Assembly: GCA_964252035.1 (NCBI GenBank)
Contig: OZ176213.1
Length of the DNA: 64,000 nt
DNA from: Podarcis erhardii
Lineage: Eukaryota
Reading direction: 5' to 3' (one strand)
The position numbers and the translations under genes are program-made. Positions 22,761-35,200 of this stretch are shown in pieces (positions within the stretch are counted from its first letter, which is position 1; each line of letters opens with the position of its first letter). Below the pieces are notes generated by a model that worked only from the letters and a program-made list of their open reading frames with translations, did no database searches and had not been told where the DNA came from.

Positions 22761-23514
22761 CAGAGCAACAGCCGTGTTAGTCTTTTTGCAGCAGCAAAAA
22801 GCAAAAGCAAAACCCAGCGAAGAAATCTTGTGGCTTCTTAAATACTTAACGCGTTTACAGTATTTTGGCTTAAGCTTTTTGTGGTCGGCAGCCCATTTCG
22901 TGAGGGCCTTTCTGAGGTTGTGATATAATAAATTTGTTATGTCTTTAAGGTGCCATGAGACTCATTGTTGCGGTGCTAAAGCAATGCGTGTCTACTCAAA
23001 ACTGAGTTCACTGGGGCTTATTCCTAGGTAGTAAGCAGATAGAGGATTGCAGGCTTAGTCTGAAGTTTCCCTTAGGCCACACAATACCTACACAGGTGGG
23101 AGCATCCTGAAGTTTTGTACTTGCATGTTTATTTAGATTTTTAAAATCCCACTCTCCGCTCCCACAAGGAGTTCAGGATGTTGGTGGTTCTTATTACTTA
23201 CTATGTTTATATCCCACATTTTCCACCAAGTAACTCAAGGGTACTAAGTCAGATCATTTGTCCATCTGGCTCAGTATTGTCTACTGATGGGCAACAACTG
23301 TCCACTGTTTCAGACTTTGAGTCTGTACTAGCCCTACTTTTAGATTCTGGGGGTTGAATCTGGGACCTTCCGCATACAGTGCAGAAGTTGTACCCCTGAG
23401 CCATTACCTTTTCCACTTCTTCTGTTCAGGGGATAATAATTACCAGCTCTACTTTCTCAAACCTTGGTGGTATTACTTATCGACCTTGTTGTTTTCCAGA
23501 AGTGACCAGGATAA

Positions 23515-23846
23515 ATGGATTCTGACTTGCTTCAAGTTCGCCATATAGTACAAGAAGCAATTGGCACCCTATCTGTTTCCAGAGATGGAGCCCAGATCTG
23601 TGAGACTTTGCGGACAATTAAGAGCTACCTTGGTGGAACTGAAAATCCACCCTCCATGAAAGAGAAAAAAGAATTTACTCGCAATCATTTTACTACATTT
23701 CTGCAGTGTCTTATCAGTAACCTGAGTCTTGATTGGCTGGAGCAGTTCCAATCAGATGAAGATAAGGAGTTATGGGATTGCTTTTTCTTGGAAGGACCAG
23801 CAGACCAAACTTTTATGGTTCTTTTGGACACCATCATTTCTACAGC
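23515..23846 (+). CDS. TELO2: TELO2 coding exon 1
   Basis: [19 protein letters not shown]...[19 protein letters not shown]; acceptor upstream at 23499. Confidence 0.93.
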
Positions 23847-26800
23847 GTAAGCATGGCTACTGTGCTGTGATCTCTATATCTGAAACTATTTTGTTTTTAG
23901 GGTTCTCTCAGTTTAGAGGCCTGAATCCAAAGAGCCCAGTGCTAAAAGCACTTTTGCACATACAGGGAGACTGCTGATTTTTATTTCTGACAGCTGTCTC
24001 TCACTTCATCAGATGCCACTCAACATTTCATAGCAGCTTTTTGGAGTAGGGTGGAATGTTTGAGCTGCAGTAGGAAGGAGGATCCCAAAAAGTCAAAATG
24101 CATATGCAAAGGAGTGTATATGTGTTTTTAAATCCCACTTGTAGGCTCAGTTCAGATGTGATTTGAAAATCCATTATTTGGTGCTATGTGAGTTGGCAGG
24201 GAATAAGCTTTGTGCTCATGCACTGTGTCTTCTCCCTCCTTGTTTGAGTCTGTTTGCCCATCTTAGGTTTCAAGCCAATTACAAACTGTAGTTTCTGAGT
24301 TTGGATGTAAGGGCAAACTAGTTTGCCACAAGCCATAAATGGAAGGCAATGCCAAGGGGCTGAGGGTATGCCTAATCATTCAGCCATGGTTTGGCATAAC
24401 ATCTGAACTGAGTCATTGGCTGCATTCAGGCATAACTCTATAGCATGGTTTTGCATCATGAGAATGAGCATGGCTAAATCTTAGTCTCATGTGCCCTCGT
24501 CTTCAGCGTTCATGAGAAGATTGAAAGCTTCTCCTTTCCCTTTAAAACTAATCACAGGTCCCTGTATGTTCTAACTTAGGAACTGAGGTTTGTCTAACTG
24601 GTTACTTAAAACAAACAAGACTCAAAACAATGTTTTTTAACTAGCTGCTGTTAGTGCAAACCATAGTTCACATGTTTAGAAATAACAGGTGATTGTGGTT
24701 AATTCAAAAAACAAAAGCAAAGGCTTTTGATCTTCTCATACATGCCAAGAAGTAGTGAAGAGGAGAAAGAGCATGATCCCAAGACTCATTTTCCTAATAT
24801 TGAACTGTAGTTTAGTGTTATTTCTGAACCTGGTAATTGTTTCAATATACAGTACTGCATGGACAGAACCCAAATATGCTTTTATTTTACCTCTCACTTT
24901 GCAAAAGTTGCTATCGTGATTGATCATAGTTTTATACCATGAATACAATTTCTACACCACAAAAAGTTAAAAATTCCCCTTTAGAAAACAATGTAGACTT
25001 GACTATTTTGCCTAATTCACACATTCTTAGGTGCAGTATTTTGGGCTTCACAGAATTTTGAATCCCTTAGTAAGGGATATCACCCCGAGGTTCAAAGAAA
25101 GGAGATGTGCGATTGCAGGAGTTATACAAGAGTTATGGGATGATAGTGTGGAAATAATTGTGGTGTGGATGTGTTTAAAGGAAGACTGAACTGCCATTGG
25201 TCAAAGATGCTATAATTCTTTCCTGTAGTTGGGTTAGATGACCTTTAAAATTCCTTCCAGTTCTAAAGGTGGTAGCTAACAGAAATTGATGTTCCTTAGT
25301 TGATTTCAATGGGTGTGCTTTGATTATAACTAATGTTGGATACACCCTAAAATTCTATGATTCTAGAGCAGCTTGATGGACATCTGTGAGTCCTCAAAAA
25401 GTATTGCTTATACATTTTCAAGTCTTTGCCCACAACCAGGAATCATAGAAAAGTGTTGTTTAAAAAACAACCACCAGAATTGCAGGTGATGATGTTATCT
25501 GTTGAATTGCTTTTTCCTTATGAATTGAAAATAAAGGCAGAAAAATACCTTTCCATGCAGGCCCAGTTTCCGTCTGAATAAAGTCGTCGATGTGCTGGAG
25601 CAGTTCCTGCAGAGAGCTGGACTGTCTGCTCTGATGTGGGAAGTCTGCAAACAACAAACACAAGCTGGCCCTTCAGTGCTACAGGAGGCCATCCTCAATA
25701 AGGTGGCCTGTCTCCCTGATCACCTAGGCAACAAGCTCCAGGGAGAAAACCGGCCTGTTTTCTTCCCCCAAAACTATTTCCCGCTGCTTGGTGTGGAGAT
25801 GGTCCAGGTGCTGGAGAGGATCTCTGATTCACTGCGAGGTGAGATTTCACAGGATCATCATCATCTGCTGCTGCTGCTGCTGCTGCTGCACTGACAGGCC
25901 ATGGCTAAGAATAACAAGTATTTAAAACCAGTTCTGAAATTAGGGGAGGGCAGAGGGAAGGGAAGAGGACCCTTAATGAAATCTGCAAGACTTGCCCCTG
26001 CTTCCTCCCAAGTTTAGCCAAACGACAGGCTTCCCCACAACCTTTTGGAAACAATAGCTAAGGAGGTGTCAGAAAATATAAAGGGGCCAGACTTTGCCTC
26101 TTGTCTTCCAAATAAAGCAGTTAACACATGTGAAACTGGATGGCTGGTCTCAACCAAACCAAGCAATGCATAGCTGAAGACCAGATTGCTGTCCTCAGCC
26201 AGGTACATAGTTACAGAAACGGGAAGGATCCTAGCTAATGACCGTTGAGCAGAGGTAGAGGACCAAATCATGTCCTCCCTTAGTCTTTTAAAATGGAAGC
26301 AAAAGGAACCCAACACAAAAGTTAGGGTGGAGGAAGCCTCTCCCCATTTGACTGCCTGTAATTTGAGCACTAGACTAAGCAATAACTTTGAACCTACATT
26401 GGTATAGTAGGAGTATTCAAATACTTTTAAGGTTTTTGTTTTTTTAAGAATTGTTTGTTGTGGATAATTTTTTTGTCTAGATACTGCTTGATGAAGAGCT
26501 CTGTGAAGACCAAACTTACAAACTGAACTTGGTCCAATAAACTATATTTGTATTTCTTGTATTTGTATTTCACAGTGATCACAGCTATCAAACTACATTG
26601 TTACTTAAAATAATAATCTGACACCCGTATATCTTTAGGTGCGTGTGAATAATTAAAGGCAGAAGGTTGTGTGTGTGTGTGTGTGTGTGTATGCGTGCAT
26701 GTGCAGTCCAACCAAAATAAAGCACATTTAAATCCCATTGTTGTCAGTGTGAGTCTTAGGCCTGGATAATTCAAAAAATCTTTTGCAGGTATACAGTAGT

Positions 26801-29236
26801 TTATTGATTTATATTGTGCCAGTGATGCAGATGGTGCTTTGCATCTATCTCAGGGTACACTGACCAGCCATGGCTCTCTGGAGTTTTTGATGAGGAACTT
26901 TTCCCGCACTCCTGGAGGGGGTGGGCCTTAGTGGTTTGCTGTGTAATCAGCTGGGTCTGTGGTCATTCATTATCTCACAGAAATGGATTAGTTTTCCTAG
27001 CCTTGAAAGGAAGGCCAACCTGTTTTGTGCAGAGCTGGCTTCTCTCAAACCTCATAACGAGGCTTTCATTGAGTAGTGAGTTTTATTCTTCTGAAAGGCT
27101 TTGTCATCCTCACTTGCATGGACCCACTTTTCATTCTTCATGTTTAGCTCACTAACAGTTTGTTCTGGGTATAAGCTTTATCTGAAGAAGTGTGCATGCA
27201 CACGAAAGCTTATACCCAGAACAAACTTAGTTGGTCTCTAAGGTGCTACTGGACAATTTTTTATTTTTTTATACATAGCTCCAGGTTATTGACTTCCCCT
27301 GAGGACTTCCACTTTTATGCCAGTGCTCTGTTCATCTTTGTGGAAGCTTTGCAGCTGGAGCTTCAGTCTCAGTTCTGTGATCTGACGGATTCATCGACTA
27401 ACGTGGCTTTTTTTGTATTCCAGGTGGCTTGGATTGCTCAATCTCCTTTGTGTCCCAGGTGCTAGGGAAGGTATGCATGCATGGAAGACAAAGTGAGTGC
27501 TCTTTAAAGCTTGCAGTAGGCCATAGTTTCCTTTCAACATGTCTGCTTTCAAAGTTGCTTTCTCTCTGCTCTGTCACTCTGGTTGAATCAAACTGCAGCG
27601 ATTGATTATCACTTGATGTCATGATGCTTCAAAGAACTCCTATGTAGGCTGGTTAGAGTGTTGCAGTTGGTAGTGTGGTTCATATGAACATTTGAAGCAG
27701 CTTTATGCTGAGTCAGACCATTGGTCGATCTAGCTCTGCCTAGCAATCTGTCAGCAGCACTCCAAGGTCTCAGGCAGATTTCCCTCCCGCAGCCCTGTTA
27801 CCTGAACTGAAGGTGCTGTGGATTGAACTTGGGACCTTATGAGTACAGAGCCTGTGCCCTACAACTGTTTTATGCACCGAGTCCCCAAGCTTGGCATATC
27901 ACAGGAGCTCATCTCACAAAAAACAGTCACACTCATTCTAAAGATTTAAGTGTATGTGCATAATGAAGTGTAAGAAATTACACCGTATCGTAAAAAGTAT
28001 TTAGCCTCTAGAGTTACAACTCTGTGAAGATTATTGTCTTATGAGGAGGCTGGAGTCTCTGGAACCTGGAAATTTAAGCAACTTGATAATAGTGTTAGTT
28101 AATAATAACAACAAATGATGATTTTGGGCCACTAAGGAGAGAATTCCAAGAGAGCTTTTAGCTTTACCAGATAACTTGATTTACTGTTCCTGCTGACCTG
28201 CCCTCTTTTCCCTGCACCCCCCCCCCCCATGGCTTGTGAAAAGCCATTGGGTGCTCTTGCACATTACAATAAACCATGTGAGGAAGAGACAAGGAAAAAC
28301 AGCTGGAATACATAATCAAGTTACCTGGTAAAGATAAACCATGGTTTATTGTGGTGTGCATGAGCTGCAGTGAACCTTGGGTTCATGTGAATCCTTCCCC
28401 CAGACTGGAGGTTAGCCACCTCTGCTGTGATGAATTCTTAGAAACTGTCTAACCTATAAATGACCCGGACAGCCAGGCAGGTGGCCTGGAAGAGGAACTG
28501 GATGCTAGATAAACAGGGAGCATTGGTTTGATAACCAGTTTTTCTTTCGTATTCTGTGTCTCTCTTTAAATGACTTGATCTCAACAGACATGTTGAACAC
28601 TTAAGACTGAGCACTGCTTAAGAAAAGTCAGCTGTTACCCCTTTTTCAGCCACTAAGAGGCAGACTTTTAAAGAACAACGCAATGGAAGGAATATATAAT
28701 ACCATGGTTTACAGTGGCGAAGAACAATCTTATATGATGTGCGAAGGGCATTCTTATAAAAATGTTTTTGTAGCTCTCCTTCTTGAAGAACAGCAGGAAA
28801 GATCCCCCTCGTCCCACCACCCAAATTATCTTAACTACTGGCCAAAATAAATAAATAAATAAGGAAGTAAAAAAGGATGTTTGTTCTTCCCTTTCTGATT
28901 TCAAAGCAACTCCTTTTCTTCTTCTTTTGGGATGTAGAAGAAATCCTGAACGTGTTGGTGTCCCACCTGACGGATCGTACCCAGTCTGACTGCATCTGGC
29001 AGAGGATATGCTGGCGACTGGTGGGGAGTGTGCCGGATCGCTGGGTGGAACCTGTGGTCTGTGGCTTTGTTCAGGCAGCAGCAGGGTAAGTAGCCAAACC
29101 TCTGCGTGGAACGATGGGCGCATGCCATGCCTCCTTGTATCCTTGCAGCAGTTGAAAATGGTTCCCCCTGCACTACAAATTAGATTTCCTTTCAGCCTGC
29201 TCAGCTGTTGAAGTTTGAAAAGGAGGAAGGCTTATT

Positions 29237-29279
<43 letters not shown>

Positions 29280-32200
29280 TTTGTATGTATGCCTCCTCAT
29301 AAAACACAGCCCTTTGGGCAACTTACAATAAATGACTCTTTAAAACAAGCTGAATATAAGACCGTTAAAATATAAACTGAAATAACTACAAGAAAAACAC
29401 AGGTCATAGCATCTCCAAGATGTAAAACACAGACTTAAAAACTGGAGAGAACCTGGCAATATAAGTTGTTTAGGTGGCCTAGGTAACGAGAGAGGTCTCT
29501 ACCTGGCACTGAAAAGTCCACAGGGATGACACCAGGCAAGCCTTCCTGGGAAGGCAGTTCCATTACTAGGTGCCAGAACCAAAAAGGCTTCTCTCTGGTG
29601 GTTGTCCATCTCTCTTTATTCAGTGGGAGCACCCCAATACAGCACCTGAAAAGAATCTTAAAAGTTTGGTTAGGCAGAGGCTGGTCTTTCAGACATATAT
29701 GATTTGAGCAGAGAGACATCTCTCTTGCTTTTATCTGCCCTTATAGGAGGGGATAATGCCTGGCGTGCTCTGGTCCATGGGGTCACGAAGAGTCGGACAC
29801 GACTAAACGACTAAACAACCTAGGAGGGGAACTTGAATATTGCACATCTTGCTTTACCAATACATTCCAGACTTCTATTTGTGAATCATCTAGTCTTGTA
29901 ATCCAGTTGCGATTTTAAAACAGCACCGATTTAGAAAAAAGACACTCATGGTTGAAATGTTGCTTTGTCTGTATTGCTAGACCTGCCGTCCTGTCACGAT
30001 TGTTGGGGAATTTGGTTGTCAAAAGCAAGAAGGCTCAATTTGTGATGACCCAGAAGATGCTGCTGCTTCAGTATAGCTATCCGGTGAGAATCCTTGGATG
30101 TCATTAATCAGGAGGCAAGCATGTTTGTTGGGATGGCATTATATGCTGTGTCTAAGAAGGGTGACCTGTGTTTTTACAAGTTGTGATGTTGCGGTGCTTG
30201 TGCTCTTGGACTTGCAAGTACAGTGGTGCCTCGCAAGACGAACGCCTCGCAAAACGAAAAACTCGCAAGACGAAAGAGTTTTCCATTTTTGAGTCGTTCC
30301 GCAAGACGAATTTCCCTATGGGCTTGCTTCGCAAGAAGAAAGCCCATAGGGAAATCTCCGGGGACCTCTTTTAAATGCTGGCGGTGGGGAGCAAAGCCTT
30401 TCGCCCCCCTCTGGCCTTCAGAAGAGGTCCAGGAAGGCCAGCGGGGGCCGAAGGGCTTTGCTCCCCACCGCCAGCATTTTAAAAGCGGTCCGGGATAGCA
30501 GGGAAGTGCGCTGCGCTTTCCAGCTATCCCGGACTGCTTTTAAAATGCTGGCTGTTGGGAGCAAAGACTTTCGCCCACCGCCGGCCTTCAGAAGAGGTCC
30601 TGGACCTCTTCTGGAGGCCGACGGGGGGCAAAAGTTTTTGCTCCCCCCCCGCCTGCCTTCCCGGGATAGCGGAGAAGCGCAGCGCGTTTCTCCGCTATCC
30701 CGGATGGCTTTTGAAGGCAGGTGGGGGGGAGCAAAGACTTTCGCCCACCGTCTGCCTTCAGAAGACCTCCGCTGTCCTGGGGGCTTTTAAAATGCTGGGG
30801 GTTGGCAGCGAAGGCTTTGCTGCCGCCCGCCAGCATTTTAAAATTGCCCCGGGACAGCAGAGAAGTCTCCGCTGTCCCGGGGGCTTTTAAAATGCTGGCG
30901 GTCAGCAGCAAAGCCCTCCTGTCCCCGGAGCTTGCGGGGCGGGAGGTGGGGAGAAGGGCTTTTCTTCCCACCGCCAGCCTTCAGAACAGCCTTCTGAAGG
31001 CTGGCGGTGGGAAGAAAAGCCCTTGTCCCCCCCCCCCAGCCTTCAGAAGAGGTCGGGGGACAGACTGTCCCCGGACCTGGTCTGTAGGCGGTTTCCATAG
31101 GAACGCATTGATTGATTTTCAATGCATTCCTATGGGAAACCGTGCTTCGCAAGACGAAAAACTCGCAAGAAGAAACAACTTGTGGAACGAATTAATTTCG
31201 TCTTGTGAGGCACCACTGTACAAGTTTCAGGGTGCCCCTTCTGAGGCAGGTTTGGGGAAACATAGGCCAGCAGCATCAGGAGGACATCACATTGGCAAAC
31301 CCTGGTTAAAGGAAATAACCCTGCCATCCTGCTTTCTGACCGTAAATCTGTAATTTGCATTTATTGTTTTTCTTTTACAATATCAACACAATGCATATCG
31401 TAATGGTATACTGAGCATATTTGTAAATTTTACAATTACAACAAATTGGTCCACTAGGAACATTCATGGTCAAGCTCCTATTCCCATATAATGATCTGAA
31501 TAGTAGGTCACCCAGTTTGGTTTATAGTTCATATTGAGAGAGTTTGTTCCTTTCTCAAAGGATCTGCTGTGATTTCCATGATTTGTCATGCGTATGAGCT
31601 CTGTGGTTTCATTAATACAGACTATGGTGCTCCAGAACCTCCTTGGTTATCTAGCCCTGGACAACATGCGGCGTCTCTTACTGATCAAGGTAAGCAGGGT
31701 GACGGTTAGCAAAATGTATTTCTATATATGTGTGAGAGAGATTACATGCAACTTGGTAGAGAACATAGGAGCACCTTCCCAGCCCTGTTATGTGTAATGT
31801 AATAAAAACACATCAGAACTAACTTAGAATGAAAGAAGAGTGACCCCAGAGCCACTGATCTTGCTAGCCTGTGTTTCACTCCTTTTCAGTGTGCTAACAA
31901 ATGAAAGGTTTAAAAGTGAGATAAATGGGTGGTCATTTCAGAGTGGCCTTTCTCTTGTCAGTGGATGAGATCTTTTCATAAGGTTGGCTCTCCTACTTGA
32001 CACAAGATGCTGAATATCCTGTGTGAGAGAGGATTTTCTAGTTCTGGGAAATATTAGATGTTGATGGAGCACCATTGCACTGAAACCAAGATGGGTTCTC
32101 CATCCTCCCCTCTTCTGGTTTAGCTTGCTAGGGTGGGAAGAGGAGGCGATAATCACTAACCAACTGAAAAAGTTGGTGGGATTGCAGATGCAGCCACGTG

Positions 32201-35200
32201 TTCCTTCCAGCAGATTGATGAGAATGTTGTGTTTTGGCTGCTCCATCTGGAGGGCAGGGGGGTTGTAGCTGGTACTGTTGCAAAGAAGGAGACACACACA
32301 CACCCCTTTCTCCCAAGACATCCTGAGCCCAAGCAGCAAGCTCTGCACACACTGGTGGGACTGTCTCCCTGGAGCCCAACCCTTAAGAGGAGGCCTCAGA
32401 TGGCAATTCAGCCCAGATACGCAGGGCAAATATGAGGGACGCGGGTGGCGCTGTGGGTAAAACCACAGAGCCTAGGACTTGCCGATCAGAAGGTCGGCGG
32501 TTCGAATCCCCGCGGCGGGGTGAGCCTCCCGTCGTTCGGTCCCAGCTCCTGCCCACCTAGCAGTTCGAAAGCACTCTTAAGTGCAAGTAGATAAATAGGT
32601 ACCGCTTTATAGCGGGAAGGTAAACGGCGTTTCCGTGTGCTTCGCTGGTGCTGGCTCGCCAGAGCAGCTTCGTCACGCTGGCCACGTGACCCGGAAGTGT
32701 CTCCGGACAGCGCTGGCCTCCGGCCTCCTAAGTGAGATGGGCACACAACCCTAGAGTCGGACACGACTGGCCCGTACGGGCAGGGGTACCTTTACCTTTA
32801 CCTTTATGCAGGGCAAAGCTTTCTGAGTAAAGCACAGGGCAGATGATCCCGAGACATTGAGAGTTAGTGCCTTGACTAAGAGGTTCTGTACATCTTACTC
32901 CTCCTTGACCCTGCTGGTAATTGGGGAGCTTTTACACCCCAAAATTTTGCTTCTGGATAAAAAGGGGATGACAAGAGATCTTAACCAAGCTTTTAAGAGG
33001 CATAGGTCTGGCTCCAGCAGAAGTCTCCCTCATACAAAATGGAATTGGGTTCATTGGCACTTACTGTGAAGATGCCTCCTCTGGTGGACGAAGGGAGTCG
33101 GTCACTGCTGGGTTATTATGCTAAGAGGCCCAAAAGGAGGCTTGTGGGGACAGGGGCAGAATGACATGTTGAACCCGACATTCAGGCTTCTAACACAGGT
33201 TTTGAAAGAGCTGCTGGAGACCTGGGGAAGCAGCACTGCTGTGAAGCACTCCCCAGTGGAGCAGCAGCTGTACATCAGCAAGGCCATTCTGATCTGCCTC
33301 TCTCATCTGAAAGAAGCAGAAATACTGAATGACAGACAAGGTAAGGGAGAGAGAAAAGGACCAAGCTGGCATCTTGGGCCGCTGGGCCTCAAAATCTTCA
33401 TGGTGGAACCTTGGGAGATGCTCACAGGGTGGCTGCAGCAATTGGTTGTATCCAGTGGCAGTCTTACTCAGAGTATACTTATTGAAATGAATACGCCTAA
33501 GGTTGCCCTGTTCATTCTCTTCAGTGGGGCTATACTGCACAGGACCACCATTGGATAGAACCTATTATCTTGGTGTGAATGTCATAAAACTGCAGTTTAT
33601 TGAGATGTGGTGAGATCAGTAGGATGTCTTGCCAATAGAGATCAACTGAGAAGTAACCCAACATAGGGTGGGATAGTCCACCTGCGGCAGCCTTCCCTAA
33701 CCTTGAGACCTCCAGATGTTTTTGGCCTACAACTCCCATCACACCCACCTAGCATGTGCTGGCCGGGGCTGATGAGAGTTGTAGGCCAAAGTATCCGAAG
33801 GGCAGTAGGTTGTTGAAGGATGTTCATGGGATGGTCATGTGCTTTGAGCTTGGAGTACTGGTGCAGAGTGTTGCTTATGATAAGTTATTAGTGATGGAAG
33901 ATCACAGGCCTGTTAAGGATTTTAATTTTGACCCATGGGCAGAAACAGGTCTTTATCTGTGGATCATTGTGCAAATCAGCCAGTATGTACTGTGGATCAG
34001 TACCCAGCTGGGCTCTCCTGTTAACATTAAGGATTCTCTTTTAAAAAATAAAATGAGTGCAGATTGTGGGGTTGTCTTGTGTGGCTTCTGTCTTCTAATG
34101 TATTGGTACAACAAGGTTCAAGAAAAGGTACCATATACATTGTTGAGTCTATGTAAAAGGAGAAAAGAAACCGATCTCATACTATTATGTTGCACTTCTT
34201 AAATATACAATGAAAATTTTTATTTTTCTGTAAAAAACCAAAAAAGACTAGCACATTTATTATGAGTCTGCCTCATTAGATCCATCATTCTTCGCAGACC
34301 ATAAAACTTTCGGAAGTAATACATTTTGTAGCTATTAAAATGTTTTGTTTCTGTTTTAACCTGTGTTTAGTTGGCTACTCCTTTGAGTAGTGTACCCCCA
34401 CCGCTAAAAAAAGAAGAAAAGGAAAGTTCAGCACTGTCTTCTTCTGCTTGCATTGGAAAGCCATAGCAGATGGTTCAAAAGATGCCAAAATATATATTTG
34501 CCCCATTGTGGAAAGCACAACACCTGCTTATCAGGTTTTAAATATGTCAGAGTTGGCTATTGTGCTTTTTGCTGAATTTTCTTGGTCACCTTCTGCTTGT
34601 CCTTCCAGAGCTACTCACAGTCATGATGGAAGGGATGAAGTGTCACCTGGACAGCAACTTGCCAAAGATCCGCCATATAGGGATGGTTGTGGCCGAGTGC
34701 GTCAGTGCCAGGGTAATGTCTGAAGGCCCCGCTCTGAAATTTCAGGTGAGACAGCCAAGTGAACTTTCTGCCGTGTTCGGTTGTGGCAGGGAAAAAAATC
34801 CTTTAAATATGCTAGTGGAATATACCTTTGGTATTGTGTCCCAGTTTCTGCCATTTAAAATTGTTGTGTGTATATGTTTGTGTGTGTGTGACAGAGAGAA
34901 TGGTTCTGTTTAAATATAATGGGAAATCAGGATTTCCTACCATGTGAACAAGTCTGTAGGAGCCTTTGCCTCTCAGGAGGAGAGTGCAAGCTTTTGCTTC
35001 TGCTTTTAGAAAGGCAACATCTCCTTGTTAGGTCCAAACTTGGGGGACTGGTTTGCAAGACTGTGGCTTCAGATCCTGGCCTTTTTTCCCTGAAACCACA
35101 GTTGAAACAAACCATGGTCTTTCAAATCTGGTTGTAATGGGCAACTGTGGATTGTTTCAAAAATGGAAGCAAAACCTTATGTCTCCTTGTGGCTGTACAA

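Noticed and set aside
25853-25892. (CAT)n(CTG)n run giving a His/Leu repeat in ORF 25592..25894
   Set aside because: Intronic, after the TELO2 donor at 25839; not coding.
30223-31360. Cluster of 90-210-aa ORFs
   Set aside because: All lie within the non-autonomous MITE; repetitive translations with no transposase motifs.
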